Shown: one piece after another, positions 34,915 through 35,743 of the stretch | Numbering within the stretch: the first letter of the stretch is position 1 | Layout of the letters: every line of letters starts with the position of its first letter | NCBI RefSeq assembly: GCF_004010195.1 | Contig: NC_057749.1 | Location: 13,907,022-13,942,764, forward strand | Reading direction: 5' to 3' | Source of the DNA: Chiloscyllium plagiosum | Lineage: Eukaryota | DNA: 35,743 bases | Program-made: the position numbers and the translations under genes | The notes under the pieces: model-generated | Seen by the model: only the letters and a program-made list of their open reading frames with translations | What the model was told of the DNA's origin: nothing | Database searches by the model: none

Positions 34915-34998
34915 TCATCTAAATGCGAAACTTTAGTTTGCTTTCGCTCCATGAATGCTGCCTGACCCACTGTGATCTCCAGCATTTTCCGTTTTCCG
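34915..34998 (+). mobile_element. Degenerate Penelope terminal-repeat remnant
   Basis: gcgaaactttag...atgctgcctgacccactgtgatctccagcatttt resembles the other copies. Confidence 0.5.
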
Positions 34999-35622
34999 TG
35001 TTGAGGCAGTACCAGTTTACACAGTGGAACATCCAGGTCGAGAGAATAGCAGCTCAAAGCACTGTTTAAGGTTCATATTCAAGCTGGACTGATACAACAG
35101 AAGATCGAAAGACTTGTAGGCCACAGACAATTAGACAGACAGTACAGTTGACAAGCAAGAAGAGGCGCCCAAACCGTCAAAATTATGAAAAATAAACTAA
35201 AATGTAAAATTTTGTATATCCCAGAGGACAATAGAAAGAAATCTTCACTCTAATTTTCTATTTCTACACTATTTGTTTCCACCTGCTCGTTCTTCCTCCT
35301 AACAAAGTGAATCAGATTAATAATTGCTGCTATATTTAGTGATTTTAGTATTCTCCACCTGTTTCATCAGTTTTACAATCATTTACCCACCTCATCTCCC
35401 TCTATTATCTCATTGTTGGCTAACCTCTATCAATGTGTGTCAAAAGGCCAACCTTATGTATCACACCAGGTTAAGTTTTGATTTCATGCTAAGGTTATGC
35501 AGTTCCTGTGTTTTGCTCTAACTTTATCACCAGCTTTTATAAAGCACAACTCCATAAGAAACCAATCCTCAATAAATTAAATACCACTTCAGATACCTCA
35601 TTGCAAAACAAACAATCCAATG

Positions 35623-35743
35623 AGGAGAAAGTGAGGACTTCAGATGCTGGAGATCAGAGCTTAAAAATGTGTTGCTGGAAAAGCGCAGCAGGTCAGGCAA
35701 CATCAAAGGAACAGGAGAATCGACGTTTCAGGCATAAGCCCTT
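35623..35743 (-). mobile_element. Penelope terminal-repeat fragment, running off the window end
   Basis: Reverse-complement homolog of 24327-24410 (AAGGGCTTATGCCTGAAACGTCGATTCTCCTG). Confidence 0.85.

Noticed and set aside
31144..35743. SCAPER start-codon exon or promoter
   Set aside because: I found no convincing ATG-ending exon with a strong donor and no CpG island; it probably lies beyond the window.
1..35743. CRISPR array or prokaryotic defence system
   Set aside because: This is spliced vertebrate gene context; the repeats are dispersed retroelement ends, not regularly spaced direct repeats.

Overview
This is eukaryotic, vertebrate genomic DNA, very likely from a shark or other elasmobranch: it carries HE1-type V-SINEs, CR1/HER1-type LINEs and abundant Penelope-like elements. 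The window lies inside the 5' part of SCAPER, which is on the minus strand. I can place three coding exons with canonical splice sites and compatible phases: 31143-31026, 14797-14709 and 2589-2392. The ORF track shows only one of them. The rest is intron, heavily filled with dead retroelements: several CR1 LINE fragments (one ~3 kb with ORF1 end, APE and RT), Penelope-like elements (N-terminal and GIY-YIG fragments), tRNA-derived SINEs, a probable solo LTR and a Tigger-like end. There is a 500-N scaffold gap. The most notable structure is about a dozen short (23-400 bp) Penelope terminal-repeat insertions. Most carry degenerate minimal hammerhead-ribozyme cores, several are flanked by clean 7-16 bp target-site duplications, and some are arranged as inverted pairs. 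I found no evidence of a wholly new gene system; the findings are variations on known biology.
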